NCBI GenBank assembly: GCA_963817895.1
Contig: CAWFQB010000006.1
Coordinates: forward strand, 352,001-416,000
DNA length: 64,000 nt
DNA from: an uncultured Chthonomonadaceae bacterium
GTDB lineage: Bacteria > Armatimonadota > Chthonomonadetes > Chthonomonadales > Chthonomonadaceae
Direction: 5' to 3'
Shown: in pieces, positions 44,073-55,358 of the stretch
How the letters are laid out: each line of letters begins with the position of its first letter
How positions within the stretch are numbered: position 1 is the stretch's first letter
Program-made: the position numbers and the translations under genes
Notes under the pieces: generated by a model
Database searches by the model: none
What the model was told of the DNA's origin: nothing
Seen by the model: the letters and a program-made list of their open reading frames with translations, nothing else

Positions 44073-45293
44073 TCACGGGTTCAGCGTCAGTTTCACATTC
44101 TTCAAGCCCCAGCTCTCATCCGACTTATCCTGAGTCTGATTGGACGTAAAGTTGAAAAGGATGGTGGACGCGGTGTGCGGGAACGTATATTTCAGATGGT
44201 ACACTGCGTCTGTAATGCCGCCCTGAAAGGTATATCCAAGCGTATCCATTTCCGCCGCGCCTGTTTGTAAGGGGTGTTCGCCACCCGGAAACGAGTCAGG
44301 GAACGCCTGGAAGAAGCCCTGCGCGAAGCCGGGGTGGTTGCTTGCCAGGCTGGAAGTGATGTTGGAGAACGTTGTGTGCAGAAGCGTGGGACCGCCATTG
44401 ACCGACAAATCCCAGATATCCGGGCCAACCCCACCCACCGTCGCGCTGCCATCCATGCTGCGCAGGATAAACAGATCGAACTCCATAGTGGCTGTGGTGT
44501 GCGCCGCCAGGTCCTTCAAGTTCAGCTTCACGGTTCCCGCGCCGAACTGGCCGAGGAAGGGCGTTGCCGCATGTTTCGCGGTTCCCGGCGTGGTTTCCGT
44601 GTGCGTATCCGACCATTCCGAGCCGGCGCCATTGGAGAAATCGTTGGCATAAACGACTGTGCTGCCCGTCGCGCCGCCCGTGCCACCGGAACCGCCCGCG
44701 CCTCCTGTGCTGCCAGGATCGCCGCCCAACCCGGAACCGCCCGGATTGCTGCCGCTGCTGCTCCCAACCGCCGTTACCGTGATGGGAACCTGCGCGACGA
44801 CATGAGAACTACCTTCAAGCGCGGTGATAACGACGGTACCCGCGCTGACGCCGGAGATGGTAGCTGTGGCGCCCTGCGAAGTGAGAACGGCCACGCCCGG
44901 ATTGCTGCTCGTCCATTTCCAGTTTTCAGGCGGAACCACAATAGGGTTGCCAACCGAGTCCGTGCCGAGCGCAGTGAGCGTAATGCGGCGGTTGACTTCC
45001 AGAGAAGCGCCCGCCGGGGAAATATTCACGACGGACACGGTCGCGCTTGTGGGGGTTGCTCCTCCGGTTCCGCCAGACGCTCCCGCCCCAGACTCGACGC
45101 CGGGACCGGTATTGCTCTGGCTGAACGTTGGGCTGACAATGGGCGTGGCAACGCTAACCGCTCCGTTGCTGGAACCGGTAGTGCCGGTAGTGCCGGTTCC
45201 GCCCGTTGTTACCGGCTTACTGCTGCCGCCACCGCCGCAGCCGCTCAACAGCGACAGACACAAAAATGCCAATACAGGCTTCACTGTTCGCAT
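44073..45293 (-). CDS. Lipoprotein with Ig-like (Big_2-like) domain and C-terminal beta-sandwich domain
   Basis: Lipobox LSGC; WTSSNPGVA motif; Gly/Thr linkers; ends DESWGLKNV. Confidence 0.82.
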   Translation of the reverse strand: MRTVKPVLAFLCLSLLSGCGGGGSSKPVTTGGTGTTGTTGSSNGAVSVATPIVSPTFSQSNTGPGVESGAGASGGTGGATPTSATVSVVNISPAGASLEVNRRITLTALGTDSVGNPIVVPPENWKWTSSNPGVAVLTSQGATATISGVSAGTVVITALEGSSHVVAQVPITVTAVGSSSGSNPGGSGLGGDPGSTGGAGGSGGTGGATGSTVVYANDFSNGAGSEWSDTHTETTPGTAKHAATPFLGQFGAGTVKLNLKDLAAHTTATMEFDLFILRSMDGSATVGGVGPDIWDLSVNGGPTLLHTTFSNITSSLASNHPGFAQGFFQAFPDSFPGGEHPLQTGAAEMDTLGYTFQGGITDAVYHLKYTFPHTASTILFNFTSNQTQDKSDESWGLKNVKLTLNP

Positions 45294-45814
45294 GAAGTCC
45301 CTCCTCTAAGGAAAACATAAAATTTGGACAACAGAAATGTTACTGCCGGATGCCAAAGGTGAATGATACAGGGAGATGACGCGCAAATGCCATGAGCATT
45401 GAGAATGGCCGTCGGCAACACAGGAAGCAGAAAGGGGCTTGTGTTCTAATACCGCCGGCGGGGGCAGCTCAATGCAAATCAACCAGTCATACGGTCGTTA
45501 CGCGCAATTAGACGAATGATTCCTTTCCAATGTTCCCCTTTGCTATCTATTGCGCGACAAATAGTTGATAGTCCCATAGATATGCGGGGGCGTACACAAA
45601 CAGGATGGAGGAAGCGCGCGCCGTAAATAGCGGGTAGGGGAGGATGAAATTAATCCCGCGTGAAAAAATAGTTGCATCAGGAAGAGGATTCATGCAGGGT
45701 TTCGTAAGGAAATGTCAAAGTGTACTGTGAGTGGTGATCGCGCCGCGAACGTTATAGCGAGAATTGTAAAATTCGCTATTCGCGGCACATTCCGGTTAAG
45801 AAGGAGAGAAACCC

Positions 45815-46531
45815 ATGCCCAATCCGATAGTTGCCATCAGCGTTGATTGCGTGTGCGCCGGCAGCGGCAAATGTTATGTTTCCGAACTTGTGTCCGTGAC
45901 CGAACAGGCCAATGTACCCTGCACCTGGCTGCTGGGCGTCAGCGAACACGATCCGATGTCCAACCTCACCCTCTACTACAACGAGTATTTCCACCGCATC
46001 CCCTCCTGGCATGAACTCGGTCTGCACGTCACATTCGATACGGGAACTTCCAACACAGTTGCGCGCGGCGATCTGATTCGCGTGGGCAAAGACCTGCTCA
46101 AACAGCACCGGATCAAGCCAACCGCTTTTCGCGCCGCGAACGGCGATCTGGAAGCGGGTGACCTGCGCGCGCTGGAAGACTGCGGCATCCTGGTGGACAG
46201 CACCCCCGGATCAAGCGCGGGCCGTCCCCTGAGCGCGCCCAAATCGCCCTATCATCCCTCCTATACCAATGTGCATGAGGCCGGGGACGCGAAATTGTGG
46301 GTTGTGCCTGTCGCCAATGTGAACGGGGCGCGGGGCTACATTGACGAAGGATTCGACCGGATAAAGCCCGTCATCGAGGCCAGCCTGTCACAGGCCGCCG
46401 ACACGCCCATCTTGAGCCTCGCGCTTTGCGACTGCGTAGACAACGCGGATAACCTGCGCCATGTCCTCAGCTACTTGAAGCAGAGAAACGCCCGCTTCGT
46501 CACCCTGACGCAACTGGCAATGGAACTCTAA
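45815..46531 (+). CDS. Polysaccharide deacetylase-like (NodB fold) protein
   Basis: ISVD, PCTW, HELGLH, PTAFRA, DST, FVTL motifs; aaggag RBS. Confidence 0.7.
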   Translation: MPNPIVAISVDCVCAGSGKCYVSELVSVTEQANVPCTWLLGVSEHDPMSNLTLYYNEYFHRIPSWHELGLHVTFDTGTSNTVARGDLIRVGKDLLKQHRIKPTAFRAANGDLEAGDLRALEDCGILVDSTPGSSAGRPLSAPKSPYHPSYTNVHEAGDAKLWVVPVANVNGARGYIDEGFDRIKPVIEASLSQAADTPILSLALCDCVDNADNLRHVLSYLKQRNARFVTLTQLAMEL

Positions 46532-46554
46532 AAACACCGACATCCAATGCAATA

Positions 46555-46739
46555 GACAGATTTTCAGGATTAAGCAGGATTTTTCAAGAGGTCGTTAGAT
46601 CGTTTCGGTTCCATGTAGCAGTCGTTCCATAGGGGAGCAAGCCCCGTTCGACTTCAGTACATGTTCAGCAACAGGCCTGTATAGTTCGTTGCTCCAAAAA
46701 TAATCCTGTTTAATCCTGAAAATCTTGTTAATCCTGTCT
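46555..46739. repeat. Inverted 9-nt-unit repeat (caggatt/aatcctg family)
   Basis: gacagattttcaggattaagcaggatt ... aatcctgtttaatcctgaaaatcttgttaatcctgtc; a related arm lies near 59077-59113. Confidence 0.7.
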
Positions 46740-46772
46740 ATTTCTTCATGATTTTCTTTGGGAGGTTTGCGC

Positions 46773-47517
46773 GTGACGGACGAGAAACGAGTGGCGGTGG
46801 TGACGGGGGCGAGCAGCGGCATCGGGGCGGCGACGGCGATTGCGCTACGCGGGGCGGGCTTCGAGGTGGTGATGGGCGCGCGGCGCGTGGACAAGATGCG
46901 CGAGATTGCCGAGCCGATAGGGGCGAGGTTTCTGCCGCTGGATGTGACCGATCTGAATTCTATAAAAGCGTTTTGCGCGGCATTGCCACAGGTTCATGTC
47001 TTGATCAACAACGCGGGCGGAGCGTTGGGACTGGACACGATTGCGCAGGCAAAAGACGAGGACTGGCAGCGCATGTACGATACCAATGTACTCGGCCTGA
47101 TGCGAATCACGCGGGAACTTCTGCCCGAAACTGGAAGCGTCCGGGGCAGGGCATGTGGTCAACATCGGCAGCGTCGCGGGGCGCGATCCGTATCCGGGAG
47201 GGGCGGGCTACAACGCTGTGAAATTCGCGGTCAACGCCATAACCAAAGTAATGCGGCTGGAACTGGTCGGCAAGCCCATTCGCATTACGGAAGTGGCTCC
47301 GGGCATGGTGGAAACCGAATTCAGCGAAGTGCGTTTCAGCGGCGACGCGGAGCGGGCGTCCAAAGTGTATCAGGGCTTACAGCCGCTGGTTGCCGAAGAT
47401 ATTGCCGACATCATTCAATACGTGGTCACGCGCCCGCCGCACGTCAATATTGATGAGATTGTCGTGAAACCTCTGGCGCAGGCGTCGGCAACGGTCGCCG
47501 CCCGCAAACCATCGTAG
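46773..47517 (+). CDS. SDR oxidoreductase (YdfG-like); frameshift near 47130
   Basis: TGASSGIG, NNAG, YNAVK, PGMVETEFS. Confidence 0.9.
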
Positions 47518-47607
47518 TTGTTTTAGCCGCGAATGAACGCGAATGAACGCGAATATATGTGGAATATCAGGCGGCAAATGTCGCGCGGAATGACAGGGCA
47601 ATACTTG

Positions 47608-48624
47608 ATGACAGATATAGCAGCGCAGTATCAAGCCGTGCGGAGTAGGATAGGACTGATTGACCGCTCGGATGCGGGCAAAATCGGTATTAGTGGCGAA
47701 GATCGTTTCACATGGCTACAAGGTATGGTCAGCAACGATGTCCGCCTGCTCGAAAAGGGCGTGACGCATCGCTTGCAGGCTTGCGTTCTGGATGCTACCG
47801 GGCATGTGCTGTCAGATTTCACGCTGATAAGCCCGCAAGGGGCAAGCAGAATTCTGATTGATCTGCCACGCGCAAATGTCACGAAGATACTGTCTCTGTT
47901 CGACCGCTACATTATCACCGAAGATGTGGAAATATCGGATTTGACGGCTACGTTGGGGTGCTTCTCATTACAGGGACCGGATTCGATGCGCTGGATGATG
48001 GTGATGGAAAACGACCGAATGTTCAGCGAGGCCTGGGACAACTTAGAGGTCTTGATGGATGCTGATCATACCGGCAGCGGGGGCTTTGATGTTTACTTTG
48101 GGAGTGAGGCCGCCGAACAAATCAGGCAAACAAACGCGCTGAAGTCTGTGCCTGTGGTTGGGCCGGAAGCGCAGGAGATTTTGCGTGTCGAGGCGGGAAT
48201 TCCCAACTACGGCGTGGATATGGACGAAACCACGCTCGCGCCGGAAGCCGGACTGATGGCGACGCATATCAGTTTGACGAAAGGCTGCTATGTGGGGCAG
48301 GAGATTGTGGCGCGTATCCACTCGCGGGGACACACCAACCGCGCCCTGACCGGTCTGGTGTTTGCAGCCGGTGACGCGCCCGCTTGTGGTGACAAAATCG
48401 TGGTGGAGGAGGACGGCAAACCACGCGAAACCGGGCGGATTACCAGCGTAATTGCCGCTTCGCCCGCCATGAATGGACTCCCGATTGCGCTCGGCTACGT
48501 TCGGCACGAACACCGCGCCCCCGGAAGTCCGGTTCAAGTCGTGGGCAGCGACCAAACGCGCCCTGCCAACGTTGTCGAACTCCCCTTCTACAAACCGTCA
48601 CATGAAGGGGCTGTAAATCTTTAA
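47608..48624 (+). CDS. YgfZ/GcvT-family folate-binding protein
   Basis: WLQGMVSND, LRVEAGIP, KGCYVGQEIVAR signature. Confidence 0.92.
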   Translation: MTDIAAQYQAVRSRIGLIDRSDAGKIGISGEDRFTWLQGMVSNDVRLLEKGVTHRLQACVLDATGHVLSDFTLISPQGASRILIDLPRANVTKILSLFDRYIITEDVEISDLTATLGCFSLQGPDSMRWMMVMENDRMFSEAWDNLEVLMDADHTGSGGFDVYFGSEAAEQIRQTNALKSVPVVGPEAQEILRVEAGIPNYGVDMDETTLAPEAGLMATHISLTKGCYVGQEIVARIHSRGHTNRALTGLVFAAGDAPACGDKIVVEEDGKPRETGRITSVIAASPAMNGLPIALGYVRHEHRAPGSPVQVVGSDQTRPANVVELPFYKPSHEGAVNL

Positions 48625-48635
48625 TTCTCCGAATA

Positions 48636-50372
48636 TTAGATGTTTCGCGCGTTGGCTTCTACCGTTTGCACAACCTCGTCAATGTGGCCGGACAAAATCA
48701 ATTTGCCCATCGTAAGCGCGAATCCCTTTGCCTGATTGAAATTGATGTGCGGGGGCATGGAAAGCGCGTTCGGGTCCGTTACCACATCCACCAGGGCTGG
48801 ACCGGGATGCGCGAAAGCGCGCTGTAGTCCCTCGCGCAATTGCGTGGGGTCTTCGATACGAACGCCCATAACGCCTATTGCCTCCGCCATCTTCGCGAAA
48901 TCGGGATTCTTGAGATCGGTCTGCCAGTCGGGATAGCCCGCAACCTCCATCTCCAGTTTCACCATGCCCAGCGCGCTGTTATTGAAGATTACGATTTTGA
49001 CGGGCAGATCGTATTGCAGCAGCGTCAGGAAGTCGCCCATCAGCATCGCAAACCCGCCATCGCCGGAAAGAGAGAGTATCTGCCGTCCCGGATACAACAA
49101 CTGCGCGCCAATCGCCTGCGGCAGCGCGTTCGCCATCGAGCCGTGATTGAACGAACCGATCATCCGCCGGTTGGGGGTCGCCTGCAAATAGCGCGCCGCC
49201 CAGACCGTACTCATCCCGGTATCCACCGTAAAAATCGCGTCCTCGTTTGCCAGTTCGTTAATGGTCGCCGCCACATATTCGGGATGAATGGGGCGGCGAG
49301 GCCCAACATGGTTGACATAAACGTTGAGTTTCCGCAGCGCCTCCTGATACTGCTTTTGCGCGTGTTCCAGATGAGAGGCGTCGGTCTTCTGGGCAAGCAG
49401 AGGCAGCAGCGCCCGGAGCGTTTCCCCCGCGTCGCCGCACACCCCCACATCCACCCGGCAGCGCCGTCCCAGAACTTCGGCGCGGGTATCCACCTGCGCC
49501 ACTTTCGGCTGGCTAGGCAGATAGGCGTCATAGGGGAAATCGGTTCCGAGCAGCAGCAGAACATCGCAGTTGTGCATCGCGTCGTAAGCCGCGCCGTACC
49601 CGATCAGGCCGGTCATGCCGACATCGTAGGGATTGTCATAGGCAATGGCGTCTTTGCCGCGCAGGGTGTGTCCCATCGGGGCTTTGAGTTTAGCCGCGAC
49701 CGCAAGCAGTTCCTCATGCGCTCCCGCGCAGCCGATGCCGCCGAAGATCGTGACCCGTTTCGCGCCGTTGAGCAGATCGGCCAGGCGGTTTATATCCGCA
49801 TCACCAGGGCGGGTCACGGCGCGGGCCATGAGAACGCCCTTCGAGGATGCGGCGGCGTTGTCCGGCATCGGCATGGCGGCCACATCCCCCGACAGCGTAA
49901 CCACGCTGACGCCGCCCTTACTGAGCGCGGTCTGCATCGCTATGTGCAGAATACGGGGCATTTGCTGCGGGACCGCAATAGTTTCGCTGTAGTGGCTGCA
50001 CTCTCGGAAAAGCTGTTCCGGGTGCGTTTCCTGAAAATACTGCGAGCCGATTTCGTTGGTGGGGATGTGCGCGGCAATGGCAAGGACCGGCGCTCCGCTC
50101 CGATGCGCGTCGTACAGCCCGTTGATGAGATGGACATGGCCGGGGCCGCAGCTTCCCGCGCAGACTGCCAGTTGTCCGCTCAACTGCGCTTCGGCTCCCG
50201 CCGCGAACGCTCCGGCCTCTTCATGCCGGACGTGAACCCATTCGATCTGCTTACTGCGCCGAACGGCATCCGTAATGGGATTGAGACTATCGCCGACGAC
50301 CCCGTAAATGCGCCGAACGCCCGCGTTTTCCAGATTTGCAATGAACTCTTCTGCAACGGTTGAATGTGGCAT
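48636..50372 (-). CDS. poxB: Pyruvate dehydrogenase (quinone) / pyruvate oxidase
   Basis: GVVGDSLN, VRHEE, GSCGPG, GSFNHGSMANALPQ, GDGG TPP motif. Confidence 0.93.
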   Translation of the reverse strand: MPHSTVAEEFIANLENAGVRRIYGVVGDSLNPITDAVRRSKQIEWVHVRHEEAGAFAAGAEAQLSGQLAVCAGSCGPGHVHLINGLYDAHRSGAPVLAIAAHIPTNEIGSQYFQETHPEQLFRECSHYSETIAVPQQMPRILHIAMQTALSKGGVSVVTLSGDVAAMPMPDNAAASSKGVLMARAVTRPGDADINRLADLLNGAKRVTIFGGIGCAGAHEELLAVAAKLKAPMGHTLRGKDAIAYDNPYDVGMTGLIGYGAAYDAMHNCDVLLLLGTDFPYDAYLPSQPKVAQVDTRAEVLGRRCRVDVGVCGDAGETLRALLPLLAQKTDASHLEHAQKQYQEALRKLNVYVNHVGPRRPIHPEYVAATINELANEDAIFTVDTGMSTVWAARYLQATPNRRMIGSFNHGSMANALPQAIGAQLLYPGRQILSLSGDGGFAMLMGDFLTLLQYDLPVKIVIFNNSALGMVKLEMEVAGYPDWQTDLKNPDFAKMAEAIGVMGVRIEDPTQLREGLQRAFAHPGPALVDVVTDPNALSMPPHINFNQAKGFALTMGKLILSGHIDEVVQTVEANARNI

Positions 50373-50676
50373 CGTGAAACTATCCTCCTGTGGCTTTGCC
50401 GTGTAACATCGTCGCTATGTCGCAACTTCTGCTTTTACACGCAGGAGGAATAGCCATGTTCTCGCTCGAAAGGACTGTTCTGGCGTCCACCTTTCGTAAG
50501 CCTGTTGCTTTCCCCGGAACCGCGCAAGCAAACGCGCCCTCAGCCATAGTGGCGAGGGTGCGCAGTAAAACCGGCAGCAGCGTTGCTTACCTATGTCACC
50601 TGCACCTGTGGCAGAACGGTCAGTCCGACGGCAGAAGTAGAAATGTACCTTTCAGTTCAATCTTGACGGAGTACTA

Positions 50677-50798
50677 CTAGTACTCCGTCAAGGTAGGATA
50701 GTTAGTAGGGGCGTTGCTTGCTGCGCCTTGTATGAGGAGGGTTCAGCAAGCAGAACCCCTACAACGTACCCCTCTATCCTACCTTGACGGTGTACTAG
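50677..50798. mobile_element. MITE-like element (25-bp terminal inverted repeats including CTAG) enclosing a GTAG-type REP doublet
   Basis: ctagtactccgtcaaggtaggatag vs ctatcctaccttgacggtgtactag (24/25); REP pair 50705-50762; extra orphan end 50662-50676. Confidence 0.7.
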
Positions 50799-51525
50799 GC
50801 TATCTCCATAGAATAGTTGATTCCTCTACTATTTTATCTTTTTTGAGATTGATGAAAGTGCCTTGACGTTGATATGTTGTGTCGGCTCCATTATTCGGAG
50901 GTTCTTCTTTTGATCTTCTTGGAAAATGCGTCGAAGTTCTTTGAGAACTTCTTTAGAGTGTCGATAACGAGTTGGATTAGCTTCAAACGTCTTGGGGGCT
51001 TCTATAGCTAGATGCCCAAGATTCAGTTTCGCAAAATTCCCCATTTTTTTCTCAATATCTGTCCTGCCATTCACATATTTTTCTATAGAAATGTCCTTTG
51101 CAGATTCTGTTGATTTGTCCAAAAAGTCTTTCATGGTATCGATGTCTAAGTTATTTAACATCGCTAAATGTTCGACATTTAGAAAATGCGACTCAATATC
51201 AACGCCCTCTGTCAGAAATGGTTCAGCATTCATATTGCGAATTTTTATTTCCCATTCTTGAGCTTCATCATCTGTCAAGTAATCTCGATCTCTATGAACA
51301 ACAATCTTAGTTGAGGGGTTGGACGCCCGTATAAGTTCAAGTAGTGGGCGTAGATTGTGTGGAGATGTGCAGCCATAGTAGGCAAGTACTAGTGACTCGT
51401 TCATTGGAAAGCCGGAAACTCTAGAAGTACCTCCAATCCTCTTTTGATTGAATCTTCAGTAAGCACTATGCATTTGGCACCAGACTGCGAAATCATCTCC
51501 TTTACGTCCAAAGCACCAATATCTA

Positions 51526-52956
51526 GTGGGTCAGTTGCCACGCTGAGGAACAAACTCGGTTTTTGCCTCGTCACTTCTGTTGCGTGGAGCGCATTGGCTC
51601 CCGCAGGAGAAGGAGCATGGCACGTCCACCGAAAGAACCGTTACGACCATTAACGCAGGCCGAGCGCACAGAACTCTCGGCTCTGGCCCGTTCGCGCAGC
51701 GCTCCGGCAGATCGCATTGCCCGCGCGAAGGAACTTCTGGCCGTTGCGGAGGGCCAGTCTTTTGGACAAGCGGCTCACCAAGCCGGACGCACCTCGCGTC
51801 AAGCGGTTGCCCGCCTGGTACGCCGGTTCAATCAGGAAGGCATGCCAGCCGTGGCCGGACATCACGGCGGTGGTCCGGCGCTTGCCTACGGCTCTGAGGA
51901 GCAAGCCCGCATCCTCCAAGAGTTTGCTCGTCCGCCTGACCGGGAAAAAGACGGAACGGCTACTTGGTCGTTGACGACGTTGCAGCGCGCCTTGCGCCGT
52001 GCCCCGGATGGTCTGCCGAAGGTGAGCACCTATGTCATCCTGCAAACCCTCCACCAGGCGGGCTATTCTTGGCAGCAAAGCCGCACCTGGTGTCACACGG
52101 GAACCGTGCAACGCAAGCGCAAAGAAGGCGTCGCAACCGTACAGGATCCCGAAGCCGACCTAAAAAGGGGCTGATCGAGCAGGCGTACACTTGCGCGGAA
52201 CAGGCGGGCATTCCCGTCTGGAACCAGGACGAAGCCGGACCCTACCAAGCCATTCCACAGCCAGGAGCCAGTTGGCAACCCGAAGGCAAGCCGGCTTGTC
52301 AGCCGCACGAGTATATTCGGCAGGGCACGGCCAAGTTGCTGACACTGTTTCATCCCAAAAGCGGTCAGGTACGCGCTTTGCCTGTCGAGCAAGCGACCAA
52401 TGCGATCCTGCATCCCTGGCTCAAGCAGGAGTTGAGCGCTATTCTCGACGCCCTCCCGGATTTGCCTCCCGAAGCACAAAGCGGTTGGGGCCGGCATTGG
52501 GTGGATTGGGGCTTTCCCGCCTCCGCTTTTGCCGATGGCTTGGGACCGCTGGTGCGCCTGATCCTGATCTGGGACAATCTGGCCGGCCACTACACGCCCG
52601 AAATCGTAGAATGGTGTACTCAGCACGGCATCCTTCTTTTATATACGCCCCTGGGCGGTTCCTGGCTCAACATGGCCGAAGCCATTCAGCGTATCCTGGT
52701 ACGCCGTGCGCTTTCGGGGCAACATCCCGAAAGTTCGGAACAGATTCGGGAATGGTTGGCTGCTACGGTACGCGGCTGGAATGCCGATCCGACGCCGTTT
52801 GAATGGGGCGGCAAACGCTGGCAGCGGCGGCAACGGTTTCGGGAGCGCCATAAGCTCGGCGGTAGCCGCGCCTTTACTCGCCGACCGGTGCGCAGGCGTT
52901 GGCAGAGCAAGGAATAGCCCGTTTGTATTTGTTCCTCAGCGTGACAACTGACCCAC
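51526..52956 (+). mobile_element. IS630-family insertion sequence, 1431 bp
   Basis: TIR gtgggtcagttg(c/t)cacgctgaggaacaaa (29 bp, 1 mismatch); duplicated TA (51524-25, 52957-58) at a CTAG target. Confidence 0.95.
51617..52917 (+). CDS. IS630 transposase, orfA/orfB joined by probable -1 frameshift at AAAAAGGGG (about 52162-52170)
   Basis: HTH orfA 51617-52174; DDE in orfB (QDEAG, WDNL, SWLNMAE). Confidence 0.92.
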
Positions 52957-54086
52957 TAGTAGTACAGCAAGATCCTGAGACTTAGCAAATGTTTCAACCG
53001 TACCGTTGCGTACCCACAAAAAGTTTGCCTGTCCACTCAGGGCATCTACGACATGCCGCGAGTGTGTTGTGAGAAATACCTGAGTATTTCTATCTTCTGC
53101 GACTAACTGAAGTAATTTGCATAACAGACGTTGGTTGTTCGGATGCAGGTGTGAGTCAGGTTCGTCAAGAATTATGATGGATGGATGAAAGTAGTGAATG
53201 TAACCTAGTATCTGTACTGCTTGCAAAACCCCTGTACCAGCAAGTTCAATTGGTACTAATACAGACCCCGAATTTACCATTACCGTGATGAATTCATCTG
53301 TTCCATCACGGTATTCAACTTTAATATCTATGTCAGGGAATATCTTCCGCAGAATTCTTCAAGAAATTGTGACCAAGAGGCTGAATGATCATTATCAGAG
53401 AGACGGCGTAAAATATTTCTAAACACCAGATTCGCGTCCCCACGCGCAATTGTTCGTAGAAGTACGCCGTTCGAAATAAAATTTTCATGCCTGGCTATAC
53501 CTGCAAGCCCTGGAGAATATATTGTGAAGGGCTTTTCAATATTACCAAGATTGCGTGCTGCTTTAACATTATCAACAGCAACAACAATATTACCATTTTT
53601 GCCTTTCCGAATGTAGAGGTTTATTTTCTCGCCATTCTTGAGAACGAATGAAAATTCTATAGCCGTAGCACGGCTTTCAAAAAGCTTCCCACCAAAACCT
53701 AGAGCATACAAATCAACACATGGAGCATAAAGAATCTGTTCGGGAGTCAAACTTACACTAACAGTTTGTTGGTTTCCCCATCTCCCAGCAAGTTCAATTG
53801 ATTGGAATAGACCAATCCCAAAATGGATTATTTGAGCAAGCGTACTTTTTCCTGCGTTATTTGCGCCTATGAAGACGTTAATATCGGAAGCATCAAAAGG
53901 GGCATCTTTGATACCCTTAAAGCGTTGGACGCTGACAGATTGTAATGAGTTGTTCATATTCCCTTTCTTTTGGCTATCGCAATAACCTGAAATTCGGAAT
54001 TCGCGCATAACTAAGCCGAACAAACTGATGAATGTAGTACTGCAATCCATAGAAGCGTTGCTAGAACTGCTCAGATACAGGATTTT

Positions 54087-54287
54087 TCAAATCTCTGTTG
54101 CCTTCCCTGCGCGATACTCTGCCAGCGCTTCTTCCGCCAGCGCTTCCAGCTTGCCCGTACCGGCATCGGCTTCAGTTTGCTCATTCCATACCTTGCCGTC
54201 AAACTCCAAAAACCATTCGCGAAAGCGGGCTAGTTCGTCAGGAGACAGTTGCTCGACCACCTGCTCCGCTGTTTTCAGCATTGTCAT
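54087..54287 (-). CDS. Small acidic antitoxin-like protein
   Basis: LSPDELARFREWF...W..Q.EAD...GKL..LA.EAL.E...G pattern resembling antitoxins found upstream of RelE/ParE-like toxins. Confidence 0.65.
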   Translation of the reverse strand: MTMLKTAEQVVEQLSPDELARFREWFLEFDGKVWNEQTEADAGTGKLEALAEEALAEYRAGKATEI

Positions 54288-54515
54288 TATCACTCTCCCT
54301 GTGTCAATGACGGTCACACTCTCAACGCATAATGTCTGCCATTATAGCAACACGCGTTGCTCCTGTCAATAGCTGATTCAGAAGTATGGCAGCCCGATTG
54401 AGAAACCAGCCGAGCGCACACGCCCCAAACGATATAATGCAGGAATTAATTTCTGACGTACCGAATTATCACATAATGCCAATCACCCATTTCAGCCTCT
54501 GCGAGAAAACAGTCT

Positions 54516-54752
54516 GTGAACAAGCCACCCAAAAACAAGCGTAATTACGCGGTCATTCGCCTCGAAGAGGCGATGCAGTTGATCCTCATCACGCGCTTCA
54601 CGTCCTGGAACCTCAACGCGCCGCCGCGTCCGCCGAGTGCAGGGTTGCAGGAACATCTGCGCCGCCTGCAAGTATTCGATACGCAAACAACGGAAAGGGC
54701 GAAAACCCTGCTCATAGACGCGCTGTTTGCTGAAATCGTGCCGCCATCATAA
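54516..54752 (+). pseudogene. Probable truncated gene fragment ending next to a REP element
   Basis: Protein-like ORF that stops just before the palindromic element at 54774. Confidence 0.3.
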
Positions 54753-54773
54753 CCCCGTAGCGCGGAAGCCTCT

Positions 54774-55020
54774 ACCCTCATCCGGCCTCCGGCCACCTTC
54801 TCCCTGCAAGGAAGAAGGCGAAACTGTTCAATGGGTGGTTCAACGGGGGATTGAGAAATACCAACAGGAACTCCACACCGGAACACAACCCCTATCCAAC
54901 CCACTCAACTCCCACATCAACCTTCTCCCCAATAACAACCCATCCCATAATGAACCCACCCAACTACCACATTAGCCTTCTCCCTTGCAGGGAGAAGGTG
55001 GCCGGAGGCCGGATGAGGGT
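54774..55020. repeat. Palindromic REP-pair element, copy 4 (different spacer)
   Basis: Same accctcatccggcctccggccaccttctccctgcaagg arms as the 22-24 kb copies. Confidence 0.9.
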
Positions 55021-55358
55021 AGAAACTCCCAATTCCACCCAACCCTACATCTAGTGTTTGCGCATATTCTATTTGTCTCTGTTTGCAGCCTGCCTTCAGC
55101 ACATGTTGACACCAGTGTAACATGACTATTGCGCCATGTTTGCACCAGTGCGGCACAGGGGTTTTGCCGGGTTCCCGCCGGTGTGACGTACCCCTATATC
55201 TAGTGTCTGACCGAATTGGAAGTAGGCGTTCAGAGGTATTACAAAATCTGTCTTTTCGGTCAGGCGGAAAAGAGCGTTCACGCTGTCTTACGGTTACAAA
55301 ATTTGCGCCGCCTGAACATAGAGAGTTTACGTTCAGGTTGGACTTGGGAAAGACACTG

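Larger units (their letters stand above)
50829..53957 (-). pseudogene. OLD-like ABC ATPase-TOPRIM protein disrupted by IS630 (plus two frameshifts)
   Basis: GANNAGKS, AGTG signature, ILDEPDSHLHP, TTHS; after the IS VLTED and HRDRD TOPRIM-like motifs; removing the IS restores AVLLDIGAL; AT-rich. Confidence 0.82.

Noticed and set aside
45294..45814. Riboswitch or ncRNA in the 520-bp divergent intergenic region
   Set aside because: No recognisable consensus by eye; a covariance-model search would be needed
48840..50363. 507-aa plus-strand ORF (also 30179-31531, 39864-40976, 56304-57557)
   Set aside because: Antisense shadows of well-supported genes in GC-rich DNA
50456..50680. Small ORF after aggagga RBS, divergent from poxB
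   Set aside because: No recognisable motif and its end is supplied by the MITE-like repeat; insufficient support
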